Of a DNA stretch of 64,000 bases, positions 1 through 8,752 are shown piece after piece. Within the stretch, counting starts at the first letter, position 1. The number at the start of each line of letters is the position of its first letter. A program made the translations under genes and the position numbers. The notes beneath the pieces are model-generated. The model made no database searches. It saw only the letters and a program-made list of their open reading frames with translations, and had not been told where the DNA came from. This stretch comes from Holosporales bacterium (lineage in GTDB: Bacteria > Pseudomonadota > Alphaproteobacteria > RUG11792), in the NCBI GenBank assembly GCA_031267075.1, contig JAIRZU010000005.1:17399-81398 (forward strand). Direction: 5' to 3'.

Positions 1-1
1 G

Positions 2-592
2 GGTAAGCAGCCTACGGCGGATGATTACAATCAGGCGGTTCAGAAGGTAACTGTGCACGGCATAGCACTTGACGGAAGCACTGCATATGTGGCGATAGTA
101 GCTGACCAAGCTACCCTAGCTAAAACCGGGATCACTGGGCTCCCGGTATTGTTAATCTTAAAGAACGGCAAGGAGCAATTTCGCGGAATCGGTCAGGATG
201 CTATACAGCAGATGAACCTCGGAGATCCAGTTACCCAGGGGCAATTCCTGGAGATATTTAAGGCGGCTGATGAGAGCGACGACAGTGATAAGAAGGGCGA
301 TGGCCAGAAAGGTAAAGGCAAGGGAGGCGCTAAAGGTAAGGGTAAAGGTAGTGAAGGAACAGGCGATAGTAGCGGCAGCTTCAAGAAGCCCAAGATTCCC
401 GAGGCGAATTTCTGGACTGAAATGTTCAACAAAATAAACGCTGAAGGACTATGTGCGGTAGCTGCTCCACCTCCCACCAGCAAACCTGGGACTCAAACGC
501 CAGCTCCACCTGCGCCACAAAAAAAAGCCCATCGTGTCCACAACCATAAGAAGGGGAAGGAGAACTGCCCGGTGTGCCGCCTCCCGAAGTAG
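2..592 (+). CDS. Partial CDS (5' end outside window): thioredoxin-fold-like segment followed by Lys/Gly-rich and Pro-rich tail
   Basis: Frame is open from the window edge to TAG at 590-592. GITGLPVLLILKNGKEQFRG resembles the C-terminal strand region of thioredoxin-like proteins. KGKGKGGAKGKGKG low-complexity tail. Confidence 0.4.
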   Translation, partial: GKQPTADDYNQAVQKVTVHGIALDGSTAYVAIVADQATLAKTGITGLPVLLILKNGKEQFRGIGQDAIQQMNLGDPVTQGQFLEIFKAADESDDSDKKGDGQKGKGKGGAKGKGKGSEGTGDSSGSFKKPKIPEANFWTEMFNKINAEGLCAVAAPPPTSKPGTQTPAPPAPQKKAHRVHNHKKGKENCPVCRLPK

Positions 593-596
593 ACTA

Positions 597-737
597 GACC
601 TCCTTCCAACCCTCCATAATCAGCTTCTTGCTGCGTCGATCCGGTGCTCGAATGCTCATGCACCTCCTTGTACACTCCGCTTCTGCGCTCCGTGTCTCCT
701 AGCAATAACTCTGATTCTGAAGGGTTGGAAGGAAGTC
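597..737. repeat. Full-length intergenic copy of the palindromic element (113-bp core at 611-723; outer inverted arms 597-610 and 724-737)
   Basis: CCTCCATAATCAG...CTGATTCTGAAGG termini. Outer arms GACCTCCTTCCAAC / GTTGGAAGGAAGTC are reverse complements with 1 mismatch. Lies between convergent genes. Confidence 0.85.
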
Positions 738-752
738 TGCGGAGTATCATCA

Positions 753-1556
753 TCATAACCACCATATCGCAATCCCAACTAGGATTCTGTATATGGCGAT
801 TAGGGAGAACCCCCGCTTCTCAGTGTACCTCACACACGGGTGAATTGCTATTATGCTAATGAGGGCGGTAGCGATCATCCCACTTAATGCCGCTCCTTGG
901 AAGCATTGGAAATCACTGATTTTGTAGGATTCGTATAGCTCTAGCACGAGGGAGCCAAGGATGCTCGGGATAGCTAGGAGTAGGGAGAATCTGATGGCAT
1001 GCTTTCTGTCGAGTGATAACATCCTTGCAGCGGTGATACATATCCCGAGTCGACTGACACCTGGGAATATTGCTATCGATTGAAACACCCCGATAACAAA
1101 TGATTTCGAAAGTGATATGCCGGCTATGTTTGCCCTGCTTAACCTAGGTTGCATGCATGACAGCTTATCGAACATAACCAGCAAAATCCCGAAGCATATG
1201 CACGTTACCCCCATGATCTTTTGAGAGTGAAATTCCTTGACGAAATCCCTAGCTAGGAATCCAAGGATCACAACTGGGATAGTCCCACACACCAGCTGCA
1301 ACAGACAGGTGTCGGATATCTTCCTTCGAGTAAAAAGTCCCCGAAAGATGTCGATTACGTCGGAGTGAAAATATATAAGGAGAGCGGCTAAGCTGCCAAC
1401 ATGCAGCGCTATCTTCAATGCGAATGAGAACTCATGTATGTTGAAGAGAGCCGAGAAAAAATGTAGGTTGACGGAGGAGCTTATGGGAAGAACTTCCGAG
1501 ATCCCCTGGATCACACTAAGGAACAATATGCTTAAATCCATCGTTAAATCACTCAC
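753..1556 (-). CDS. uppP: Undecaprenyl-diphosphatase (BacA/UppP family)
   Basis: 267-aa polytopic membrane ORF. GISEVLPISSSVNLHF matches the BacA ExLPxSSxxH motif. Confidence 0.85.
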   Translation of the reverse strand: MSDLTMDLSILFLSVIQGISEVLPISSSVNLHFFSALFNIHEFSFALKIALHVGSLAALLIYFHSDVIDIFRGLFTRRKISDTCLLQLVCGTIPVVILGFLARDFVKEFHSQKIMGVTCICFGILLVMFDKLSCMQPRLSRANIAGISLSKSFVIGVFQSIAIFPGVSRLGICITAARMLSLDRKHAIRFSLLLAIPSILGSLVLELYESYKISDFQCFQGAALSGMIATALISIIAIHPCVRYTEKRGFSLIAIYRILVGIAIWWL

Positions 1557-1743
1557 CCTTCTCTGGCAGCATCTCTATTTTCAGCTGTGCCTCCTTCAGC
1601 TTCTGCTCGCAGAACTTCTTGAGTTCCGTCCCGCGTTCGAAGGCTTTAACGGCCTCTGCTAGCGGCATCTTCCCACCTTCGAGTGCCCTTATAATTTCTT
1701 CGAGTTCACCTATCGCCTGCTCGAACGTTAAATCTTCTGCCAT
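1549..1743 (-). CDS. xseB: Exodeoxyribonuclease VII small subunit
   Basis: 64 aa. FEQAIGELEEIIRALEGGKMPLAEAVKAFERG is typical of XseB. 8-nt overlap with the uppP start. Confidence 0.85.
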   Translation of the reverse strand: MAEDLTFEQAIGELEEIIRALEGGKMPLAEAVKAFERGTELKKFCEQKLKEAQLKIEMLPEKGE

Positions 1744-1834
1744 ATCTTCACAACTTCCAAATCAAACAGATGTGTGCTATTATAGCTCACAGTTGGGAGG
1801 ACGGTATCGTGTTAGTTTATACGGTTTGAGGAAC

Positions 1835-3673
1835 ATGTCTAAGGATATAAAAAATTTAGCAATTATCGCCCACGTTGATCATGGGAAAACTACTCTGATT
1901 GATTCCCTTTTCAGGCACAGCGGATTGTTCAGGGAGAACCAACAGATAGAGACGTGCGCCCTTGATTACAACGATCTCGAGAGGGAGAGAGGGATCACGA
2001 TCCTCGCGAAGTGCACAAGTTTCGATTGGAATGGAACGAAGCTAAATGTGGTCGATACTCCGGGGCACGCTGACTTCGGAGGCGAGGTGGAGCGCATCCT
2101 TAGCATGGTTGATGGGGTTCTTGTTTTGGTAGATGCATCGGAAGGACCGATGCCTCAGACGAAGTTCGTACTATCCAAGGCATTAGCACTCAACCTAAAT
2201 CCCATCGTCGTTATCAACAAGATAGACAAATCAGACACCAGGGTTTCAGAGGTGCTGAATGAGGTTTTCGATTTATTCATAGCCCTCGGTGCTAGCGACG
2301 CTCAGCTTGATTTTCCGATAGTATATTCATCTGGCCGGAATGGCTGGGCCGTCCTTGATCTTGAAAAGGATGAGAGGAAGGATATCGTTCCCCTTCTAGA
2401 TACTATAATCAAATACGTCCCGAATGCAACAGTTATCGACAATGAGCCATTCCAAATGCTTGTGACGATGCTTGAGTACGACCAGTATCTGGGGCGGATT
2501 TTAACGGGGAAGATACTGAGTGGAACCGCCAATATGAACAGCCAAGTACACGTCCTTAGAAACGGAACTGATGGTGAAATCGAAAGGGCGAGACTCACTA
2601 AGTTGCTTGCTTTTGAAGGATTGAAACGAGTCCCGATAGAGTCGGCTGCTGCCGGAGATATCATTGCAATCGCCGGTCTTGAGAAGGCTACAGTTGCTGA
2701 TACCATAGCGGATATCGATGTTGCAAAGCCGATATTATCAACCCCAATTGACCCCCCTACAATCTCGATAACATTCTCGGTAAACGATTCTCCTCTGGCA
2801 GGAAAGGAGGGGAAGAACCTGACTTCCAGAATTATCGGGGAACGCCTGTTTAATGAGGCTGAGGGAAATGTTTCCATAACCGTTCAGAGATCAGCGAATG
2901 GCGAATTCTACGAGGTCGCCGGCAGAGGAGAGCTGCAGCTCGGAATCCTAATTGAAACGATGCGGCGAGAGGGGTTTGAGCTATCAATCGGAAGGCCGAG
3001 AGTTCTGTTCAGAAAGGACACGAACACCGGGGAAACGCTGGAGCCAATCGAAGAGCTGTACGTGGATCTAGATGATGAATTCACCGGCGTTGTAATCGAC
3101 AAGCTGATACAGAGGAAGGGTGAGATGGTTGACATGCGGCCATCCGGCGTCGGGAAAACGAGGATTAAATTTTTTATTCCAACGAGGGGGCTCATAGGAT
3201 ACTACGGTGAGTTCCTAACAGACACTCGTGGCTCCGGCATCATGAACCGATCGTTTCATTCGTATGCTCCACACAGAGGGCAGATAGATGAAAGATCCCG
3301 TGGCGTACTCGTTTCGACTGATAGTGGGAAGGCCGTGCCGTACGCCCTCTTTTTCCTGAAGGAGAGAGGGATGCTGTTCGTGAAGCCAGGGGAGCCGGTA
3401 TATGAAGGCATGATCATAGGGGAGCATAGCCGGGAGAATGAACTCGATGTCAACCCAACGAAGGAGAAACAACTTTCTAATTGCAGAGCGGCTGGGAAGG
3501 ATGATAACATAAAGCTACCACCCCCAAGACAGATCTCCCTAGAGCAGGCAATCGCCTACATCAAGAATGATGAGATCGTGGAGGTGACCCCCAAGTCAAT
3601 CCGCCTCCGCAAGAAATACCTAGACCAAACAACTAGGAAGAAAATGAGCAGAATGAAGGAAGGCGGGTTGTAG
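1835..3673 (+). CDS. typA: Translational GTPase TypA/BipA
   Basis: [13 protein letters not shown] (G1), DTPGHADF (G3), NKIDK (G4). The start is placed at [11 protein letters not shown]; the longer N-terminus in the ORF track is antisense to xseB. Confidence 0.9.
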   Translation: MSKDIKNLAIIAHVDHGKTTLIDSLFRHSGLFRENQQIETCALDYNDLERERGITILAKCTSFDWNGTKLNVVDTPGHADFGGEVERILSMVDGVLVLVDASEGPMPQTKFVLSKALALNLNPIVVINKIDKSDTRVSEVLNEVFDLFIALGASDAQLDFPIVYSSGRNGWAVLDLEKDERKDIVPLLDTIIKYVPNATVIDNEPFQMLVTMLEYDQYLGRILTGKILSGTANMNSQVHVLRNGTDGEIERARLTKLLAFEGLKRVPIESAAAGDIIAIAGLEKATVADTIADIDVAKPILSTPIDPPTISITFSVNDSPLAGKEGKNLTSRIIGERLFNEAEGNVSITVQRSANGEFYEVAGRGELQLGILIETMRREGFELSIGRPRVLFRKDTNTGETLEPIEELYVDLDDEFTGVVIDKLIQRKGEMVDMRPSGVGKTRIKFFIPTRGLIGYYGEFLTDTRGSGIMNRSFHSYAPHRGQIDERSRGVLVSTDSGKAVPYALFFLKERGMLFVKPGEPVYEGMIIGEHSRENELDVNPTKEKQLSNCRAAGKDDNIKLPPPRQISLEQAIAYIKNDEIVEVTPKSIRLRKKYLDQTTRKKMSRMKEGGL

Positions 3674-3816
3674 CTCTCCACATACCTCAGAGGCCTAAGG
3701 CAGCAATTTTTGCAATAAGCCTATTTAAAAAGTTTTTTGTTCAAATTTAACGAAATATTAACGAATTGGGAGTTACACTCTTAAGTAACGAGGGGGAGTT
3801 TCCATCGAAGTTGAAC

Positions 3817-4845
3817 ATGAGAATTGTTACCAGAATCATAGCCGATACGTGCCTAGTTTGTTTTCTATGCGCTGCCAACTGCCAAGCAGGTCTCCTAGAT
3901 AAAGTATCCAGTGCCGTAAGCAGTGTCAAAGCGAAAGCTGCCAACGCAGTTGACAGCGCCAAAAAGAAAGCAGCCAGCGTAGTTGGCGACATCAAGGCCA
4001 AACTTCCAGGCAGCAAAGTTAAAGAACTTGCAGAGCAAGCTGTTGGCCAGGCCAAAGGTGTAGTAACCGATGCGGCGAAGGTCGTTGGTAAAGAAGCTCA
4101 AAAAGGAGCAGCTGTGCTAGCTAGTGTCGCTGGCGAGCAAGCCGGTAGGATCGCCAATGCAGCAGTGGGACAGGCGGCGCAAGTGCTGAGTGGAGTGGGG
4201 GGCGCTGCTGTAGACTTCGGCAAAGCAGCTCTTGGAGCAATTGGAATGCAACTGCTAAGAGGTGGAAGAGTACCAACCATCACAGGAGAGCATGCCGCCG
4301 AGATCGAGCAAACATGCAGTGACACAGAGACCATTCGCAGAACCAGATATGTAGATCTAAGCGGAATGGCAATCACGGATGAGCAGGTTGAGTACGTAGC
4401 GGTGATGCTGTACCAGATGGCAGAGCACGGAATTACATCTATCACCCTAAACCTAGCAAGCAACGACTTCACAGCCGCTGGACTCGAGATGCTGCTGCAG
4501 GTAATGCTAGAGAACCCAGGATTGGTTACCGGTCTAGGGCTAGCAAACAACGATCTAGGCGACGAGGGGCCAGCGCTACTTGCAGCCGTGATCGCGGATG
4601 GCCTACCGATTGCATTCGTGGTACTCACAAATACCAGGCTCGACGATGCCAGAGCACGTGTAATTCTAGAAGCGGTTGCGACTGCGAATCACCCCGTGCT
4701 ACGGCATGTTATTATGACTGGCAACCCAGGCATCAGGGAAAGACAGACTAGCGAATTCGCCCAGAACCTTCAGGCGGGCGGGAGACTTGTGGTCAGGATT
4801 CCATCATCTGTAGCAGGCTCTACTGTTCGCCGCACTACAAGCTGA
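3817..4845 (+). CDS. Secreted protein: signal peptide, Ala/Lys-rich amphipathic repeats, C-terminal RI-type (RNI-like) leucine-rich repeats
   Basis: MRIVTRIIADTCLVCFLCAANCQAG signal-like N-terminus. Repeats of 28-29 aa: ITLNLASNDFTAAGLEMLLQVM / GLGLANNDLGDEGPALLAAVI / VVLTNTRLDDARARVILEAV. Confidence 0.6.
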   Translation: MRIVTRIIADTCLVCFLCAANCQAGLLDKVSSAVSSVKAKAANAVDSAKKKAASVVGDIKAKLPGSKVKELAEQAVGQAKGVVTDAAKVVGKEAQKGAAVLASVAGEQAGRIANAAVGQAAQVLSGVGGAAVDFGKAALGAIGMQLLRGGRVPTITGEHAAEIEQTCSDTETIRRTRYVDLSGMAITDEQVEYVAVMLYQMAEHGITSITLNLASNDFTAAGLEMLLQVMLENPGLVTGLGLANNDLGDEGPALLAAVIADGLPIAFVVLTNTRLDDARARVILEAVATANHPVLRHVIMTGNPGIRERQTSEFAQNLQAGGRLVVRIPSSVAGSTVRRTTS

Positions 4846-4856
4846 AACTAGAAGCT

Positions 4857-5315
4857 CTAAGCGCCATCACCTGTTTCCGTACCTGGTGGAGGCACTAGAG
4901 ATCGAGGCATCGGCGGAGGTTTCCCACCTGGCTTAGGCTTCATTTTGCCGGCTTCCTCAGAGCCTATTACCTTAAGAGGTGGTTTTCGAACTGGTGGAGT
5001 TATTTCGAATTTGTGTGCAACGCTCCATCCATCTGGTCCTGGAGGGGAGGCCTTTGCAGCAAGTTTCACATCAAGAGGTGGTTCTCGAACTGGTCGAGTT
5101 ATTTGGAATTTAGAGGTCGGAGCACTGGGAGGTGGAGTGCCAGTCGGAATAGTAGGCGATTCATGGATCACCTGATCGGGTTCTGGTGGTGGTGCAGGGT
5201 TCTTGCGTAAGTGGGGCGGCACATATCTTGTTGCTCCAATAGCTGCACTGCTTAAACACACAGCTGCCATGATGCATGGAACGACTAACTGCCCGATTAT
5301 TTTTCCTGCTCTCAT
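4857..5315 (-). CDS. Secreted proline-rich protein with an internal duplicated motif
   Basis: Signal-like N-terminus. KFQITRPVREPPLDVK and KFEITPPVRKPPLKV are encoded by DNA repeats about 100 bp apart (about 4972-5010 and 5072-5110). Confidence 0.5.
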   Translation of the reverse strand: MRAGKIIGQLVVPCIMAAVCLSSAAIGATRYVPPHLRKNPAPPPEPDQVIHESPTIPTGTPPPSAPTSKFQITRPVREPPLDVKLAAKASPPGPDGWSVAHKFEITPPVRKPPLKVIGSEEAGKMKPKPGGKPPPMPRSLVPPPGTETGDGA

Positions 5316-5407
5316 GATCGCTTTCCCAGTCTCTATGTTTCACGTGCGTGCCAGTGTAGCACAACATAATTGCGCCAACAATCTGAAAGCATTATCCCTC
5401 ACCTGCC

Positions 5408-6127
5408 CTAAGCTCGAATATGGTCGATATGCGCTTGGAGAGATTTTCGTGGACCGGAGTGGGAGTTCCGTTTAGAAGAGGGATGCTGCTGCCTGGTACT
5501 TATCCCACTACGCTTCCTCTCCAGCCTCTGGGTATGGCTCGCTGTGTAAATTGGGGGGATAGGCATCGGCATTCCCTTTACGTCCTCGAAATACACCTGA
5601 CACAGAGAGCGGCCACGCCTAATTCCCTTGTTACGACGGCAGAGAGCAGCATACCTCGATAGCTTCAAACTATCCTCCACTAACACTTCGACCCTCACCA
5701 TTGATGGCTTCCTACCATGTATCCCGAGAGCCACAGCCGCCCCATACGAAAGGTCGATGATCCTGCCTTTGTACACATATGGTCCGCGATCATCAATAAC
5801 AACGACGATGGACTTCCCGGTAATGAGGCTTGTAACTCTTGCAACAGATGGAAGTGGGAGGGTCTTATGAGCAGCAGTCATGGCCATCTTATCGAATGGC
5901 TCTCCGGTTGCCTTAGATTTCCCGTGGCAATCATCTCCATACCACGATGCAATCCCAACCTCATTGTACTCGTAATACAGCTGCGGATAGTGCCACGACC
6001 CGCGACAATAATATGGCTTACACGAAATGCATGTCGGGCCGACTGGAGTGTGGCGCACTCCCGTACATCCAGCTAAGATTACGGCAACGCCTGCTATCGC
6101 GGTTACCCTATTTAGCAAAGTTCCCAT
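5408..6127 (-). CDS. rlpA: RlpA-family lipoprotein (DPBB domain, septal lytic transglycosylase-like)
   Basis: Lipobox ILAGC. GIASWYGDDCHGKSKATGEPFD...TAAHKTLPLPSVARVTSL..VVVIDDRGP. Confidence 0.8.
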   Translation of the reverse strand: MGTLLNRVTAIAGVAVILAGCTGVRHTPVGPTCISCKPYYCRGSWHYPQLYYEYNEVGIASWYGDDCHGKSKATGEPFDKMAMTAAHKTLPLPSVARVTSLITGKSIVVVIDDRGPYVYKGRIIDLSYGAAVALGIHGRKPSMVRVEVLVEDSLKLSRYAALCRRNKGIRRGRSLCQVYFEDVKGMPMPIPPIYTASHTQRLERKRSGISTRQQHPSSKRNSHSGPRKSLQAHIDHIRA

Positions 6128-7355
6128 ATAACGCTTCTACATCGTGGCCACTGCCAATCACGGCCAGCGTCGGTGGAGTCTTGGTAATTCTCTCGATGCT
6201 CGCTGCCACGTCATCTATCGTAACATCGTCAATTTTCTTGATCACCTCGAGAGGGGTTAGGACTCTTTTCATCAGCAAGAGTTGAGTAGCGACGTAGCAT
6301 ACTCTATCGATCGACGTTTCAAGGTTGGAGAGCTCAGATACTTTTATCTGGGCCTTCGCTCGCTCAAGCTCTTCCTTTGTAATATCAGTCTTCATCTTGT
6401 TGAGCTCGGCGAGTGATAGCTTGATAACGTCCGTTACTTTATCATCGTTACAGCCGGCACGGACCCCGAACATTCCCGTATCTCTATACCCACACCTAAA
6501 CGAACTGACGGAGTATGCTAGGCCTCTCTTCTCCCGAATCTCCTGGAATAACCTCGACGACATACCATCTCCGAGAATGACCTTCGCCACCCTAACAGCG
6601 TAGATGCTCGGATCCATGTAGCTAACCCCCTCGAATCCCATGACCATGTGACTTTGGCCAAGGGCCCTCTCGATATATGTACAGCCTCCACAGTAGGTTT
6701 GCTTCTCCACATCGGAATCTCCAGTTGGCTTTATGTTGGACATGTACTCATTAGCGAGAGCTACGAAGTCATCGTGCTCAATGTCTCCACTCGCTGCTAA
6801 CACTATCTTATCGGCTGTGTACTTCGTCATGTAGTTCAGTAGGTCCTGTGTGGTCATGCTACGAACACTATCTTCAGTACCGCTGATCGGTTTCCCAAGC
6901 CTTCTGCCGTCGTAGCACTTCTCCTGGAATTTATCGAAAATGATGGCATCGGGCATATCGTCAATCATCTTTATCTCTTGTACGATGACGTCCTTCTCCC
7001 GTGCAAACTCCTCGGCATTCATAATACTGTTTTGGGTGATATCTGCTATTATGCTAAGTGCGAGTTTAATGTCACGTTTCAGTACCCTGGCGTAGTAGGC
7101 AGTAACCTCCTTGTCTGTGTAGGCGTTCATTGCTCCACCTACCTCCTCCATTTCATTTGCTATCTGAAAGGCGGAACGGGTCTTCGTTCCCTTGAACATC
7201 ATATGCTCGAGAAAGTGAGAAGCCCCAGCTTGCGAGTCATTTTCATTCACAGACCCAATGTTGACGAATACACCAATCGAGATGATTTGGTTGCCAGCCA
7301 TCTTGTCCGTAACCACTGTGAGGCCGTTTGCTATTTTGGTTTCCCTGATGTTCAT
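6108..7355 (-). CDS. M16-family zinc peptidase (insulinase / processing-peptidase-like)
   Basis: HFLEHMMFKGT (HxxEH zinc motif). Start taken at MNIRETK. 20-nt overlap with the rlpA start. Confidence 0.85.
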   Translation of the reverse strand: MNIRETKIANGLTVVTDKMAGNQIISIGVFVNIGSVNENDSQAGASHFLEHMMFKGTKTRSAFQIANEMEEVGGAMNAYTDKEVTAYYARVLKRDIKLALSIIADITQNSIMNAEEFAREKDVIVQEIKMIDDMPDAIIFDKFQEKCYDGRRLGKPISGTEDSVRSMTTQDLLNYMTKYTADKIVLAASGDIEHDDFVALANEYMSNIKPTGDSDVEKQTYCGGCTYIERALGQSHMVMGFEGVSYMDPSIYAVRVAKVILGDGMSSRLFQEIREKRGLAYSVSSFRCGYRDTGMFGVRAGCNDDKVTDVIKLSLAELNKMKTDITKEELERAKAQIKVSELSNLETSIDRVCYVATQLLLMKRVLTPLEVIKKIDDVTIDDVAASIERITKTPPTLAVIGSGHDVEALYGNFAK

Positions 7356-7513
7356 GAGAGCTCTACGCTTGCAGTAAATTGTAATGTGCAACTGTCGGTT
7401 ATAGTACCCCTGTTAGCGGCTCTCTGTCAAGACACTGCTGAGGAAGGCGTACATACGTTGAAATTTCTCTTCAGAAATGCGATAGTGCATTGTGGCTCGA
7501 GTAGTAGGGTTTA

Positions 7514-7640
7514 GGCTCTGTGAGTGAAATTTACCTTTAAGCAAAAATGCGGTACAAAGCCGTTAATTAACCCAAAACATCGCACCGCACATGAAGTATC
7601 ACGTACCAGAAAAGGCATGGCAAACAATCAGAATTGGATT
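7514..7640 (+). mobile_element. IS5-family (IS903-like end) remnant: terminal inverted repeat plus first ~15 codons of the transposase
   Basis: GGCTCTGTGAGTGAAATTTACC is preceded by TTAG. ATG AAG TAT CAC GTA CCA GAA AAG GCA TGG (MKYHVPEKAW) parallels the copy at 37950-38090. Confidence 0.5.
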
Positions 7641-7796
7641 CTGTAGTGAATGCGTCCAGTTGTCATCAGCCGTATCTCAGTTCCGGATTGGCTGATCTCG
7701 ACCAAGTTCAAGCAGGTCCGCGTGAGGCCTCTCATACCACATACATCCCTCGCAACTCACTGGTCTATCCACTTAGTAGATTCATAGAACAGGGGT

Positions 7797-8609
7797 TTAC
7801 ACCCCGCTATATGGAGGCTGGTCCGGAATTAGCGCCAGTGCCGCGGCCCTAGCTCTCCTCTGCCCCGTGCCGGGGAGTGTGCGGAGTGGCTGATTCCTTA
7901 CGGTGCGCTGGGCTCGAGTCTTCGCTATCGAGTTAAGGATTGGTCCTCCGGTCCCTGTCTGGAGGATCGCGTCGTGCAGTTGATCTGCACGGTCGCACGC
8001 TTGCTCCCATGGGGATGGTTGGGGGTCGTTGCTCGTGTGTCTGGCGTACGGGTATCCGTTGCGCGTTGCTATTCGGGGTTTGCTTGGTTCTTCGATGCTA
8101 GCTAGTCGCAGTATCTCGCGTAGTTCGTTACTGACTCCGGGGATTGCGAATATAGTCATCAACTTATCCGAGCGGCAGGAGAAGGCGTAGGCTATGCTGG
8201 TCGAGATCTCGCTTCTCGTGGGTACTATGCCGAGGACTCTGGCAACCACCTTGTAGTGCAGCGTCGTAGGTGCCTCGCCGACTAGGGCGGCTATGTATTG
8301 GGTAGCTGGACAGCCGTAGCCCCTGTCGACTGGTAACCGTGGTGCAGGGCGACCGTCGGGAGGAGGAAGGAGAGTAGCCGGTATGGTGTCCTCTTCATCA
8401 TCGCCGCTGACAGGGGGGGTGTAGAACCCATCGCTATCCAGCACTGGTTCCACACTATCCCGCGGGGCTAAGTCTCGCGGCGCGGGTGCGACTGCGTGTT
8501 GGGCATCGGGATTGAATCTCTGTGGCAGTCCAGGCCAGTACGACTGTTTGGTCGCTAGTGCTGTGCAGCTCATAAGCACGAAGGCCGAGCCTAGTATTGT
8601 TATTCTCAT
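7797..8609 (-). CDS. Hypothetical secreted protein
   Basis: Start at MRITILGSAFVLMSCTALA with GGAG 5-8 nt upstream. No recognisable domain. Confidence 0.5.
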   Translation of the reverse strand: MRITILGSAFVLMSCTALATKQSYWPGLPQRFNPDAQHAVAPAPRDLAPRDSVEPVLDSDGFYTPPVSGDDEEDTIPATLLPPPDGRPAPRLPVDRGYGCPATQYIAALVGEAPTTLHYKVVARVLGIVPTRSEISTSIAYAFSCRSDKLMTIFAIPGVSNELREILRLASIEEPSKPRIATRNGYPYARHTSNDPQPSPWEQACDRADQLHDAILQTGTGGPILNSIAKTRAQRTVRNQPLRTLPGTGQRRARAAALALIPDQPPYSGV

Positions 8610-8752
8610 TTTTCTCCACTTTAATGAATTGTTATCATTGATATATGGTATCAAAATTTTCTCGCGAATTCAATTAAATTGCGCACTCTGTTCTATGCAC
8701 GAAACTTGATCATGCCTGGGTGGAACTACATAGAGAGGGAGGTACCCATTCT

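Noticed and set aside
2302-3510. Long antisense ORFs lie inside typA (2302..2877-, 2908..3195-, 3215..3472-). Similar shadow ORFs lie inside rpoD, dnaG, gyrB, pyk, iscS, the CPA2 gene and others.
   Set aside because: They overlap genes with unambiguous conserved motifs on the other strand. They have low-complexity Ser/Pro/Arg-rich translations and no start context. They are typical shadow ORFs of GC-balanced coding sequence.
4857-5315. Could this protein, or the one at 51642-53960, be called a RickA/Sca2-like actin nucleator because of its polyproline runs?
   Set aside because: I could find no WH2, formin-like or autotransporter motif by eye. Proline richness alone is insufficient, so both are left as hypothetical proteins with a speculative note.
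7640-7796. The motif CAGGTCCGCGTGAGG in the 7.6-7.8 kb gap raised the possibility of a 4.5S/SRP RNA.
   Set aside because: Only a 7-8-nt resemblance to the SRP domain IV motif was found, with no symmetric partner strand or hairpin. The region is more likely leftover IS sequence.
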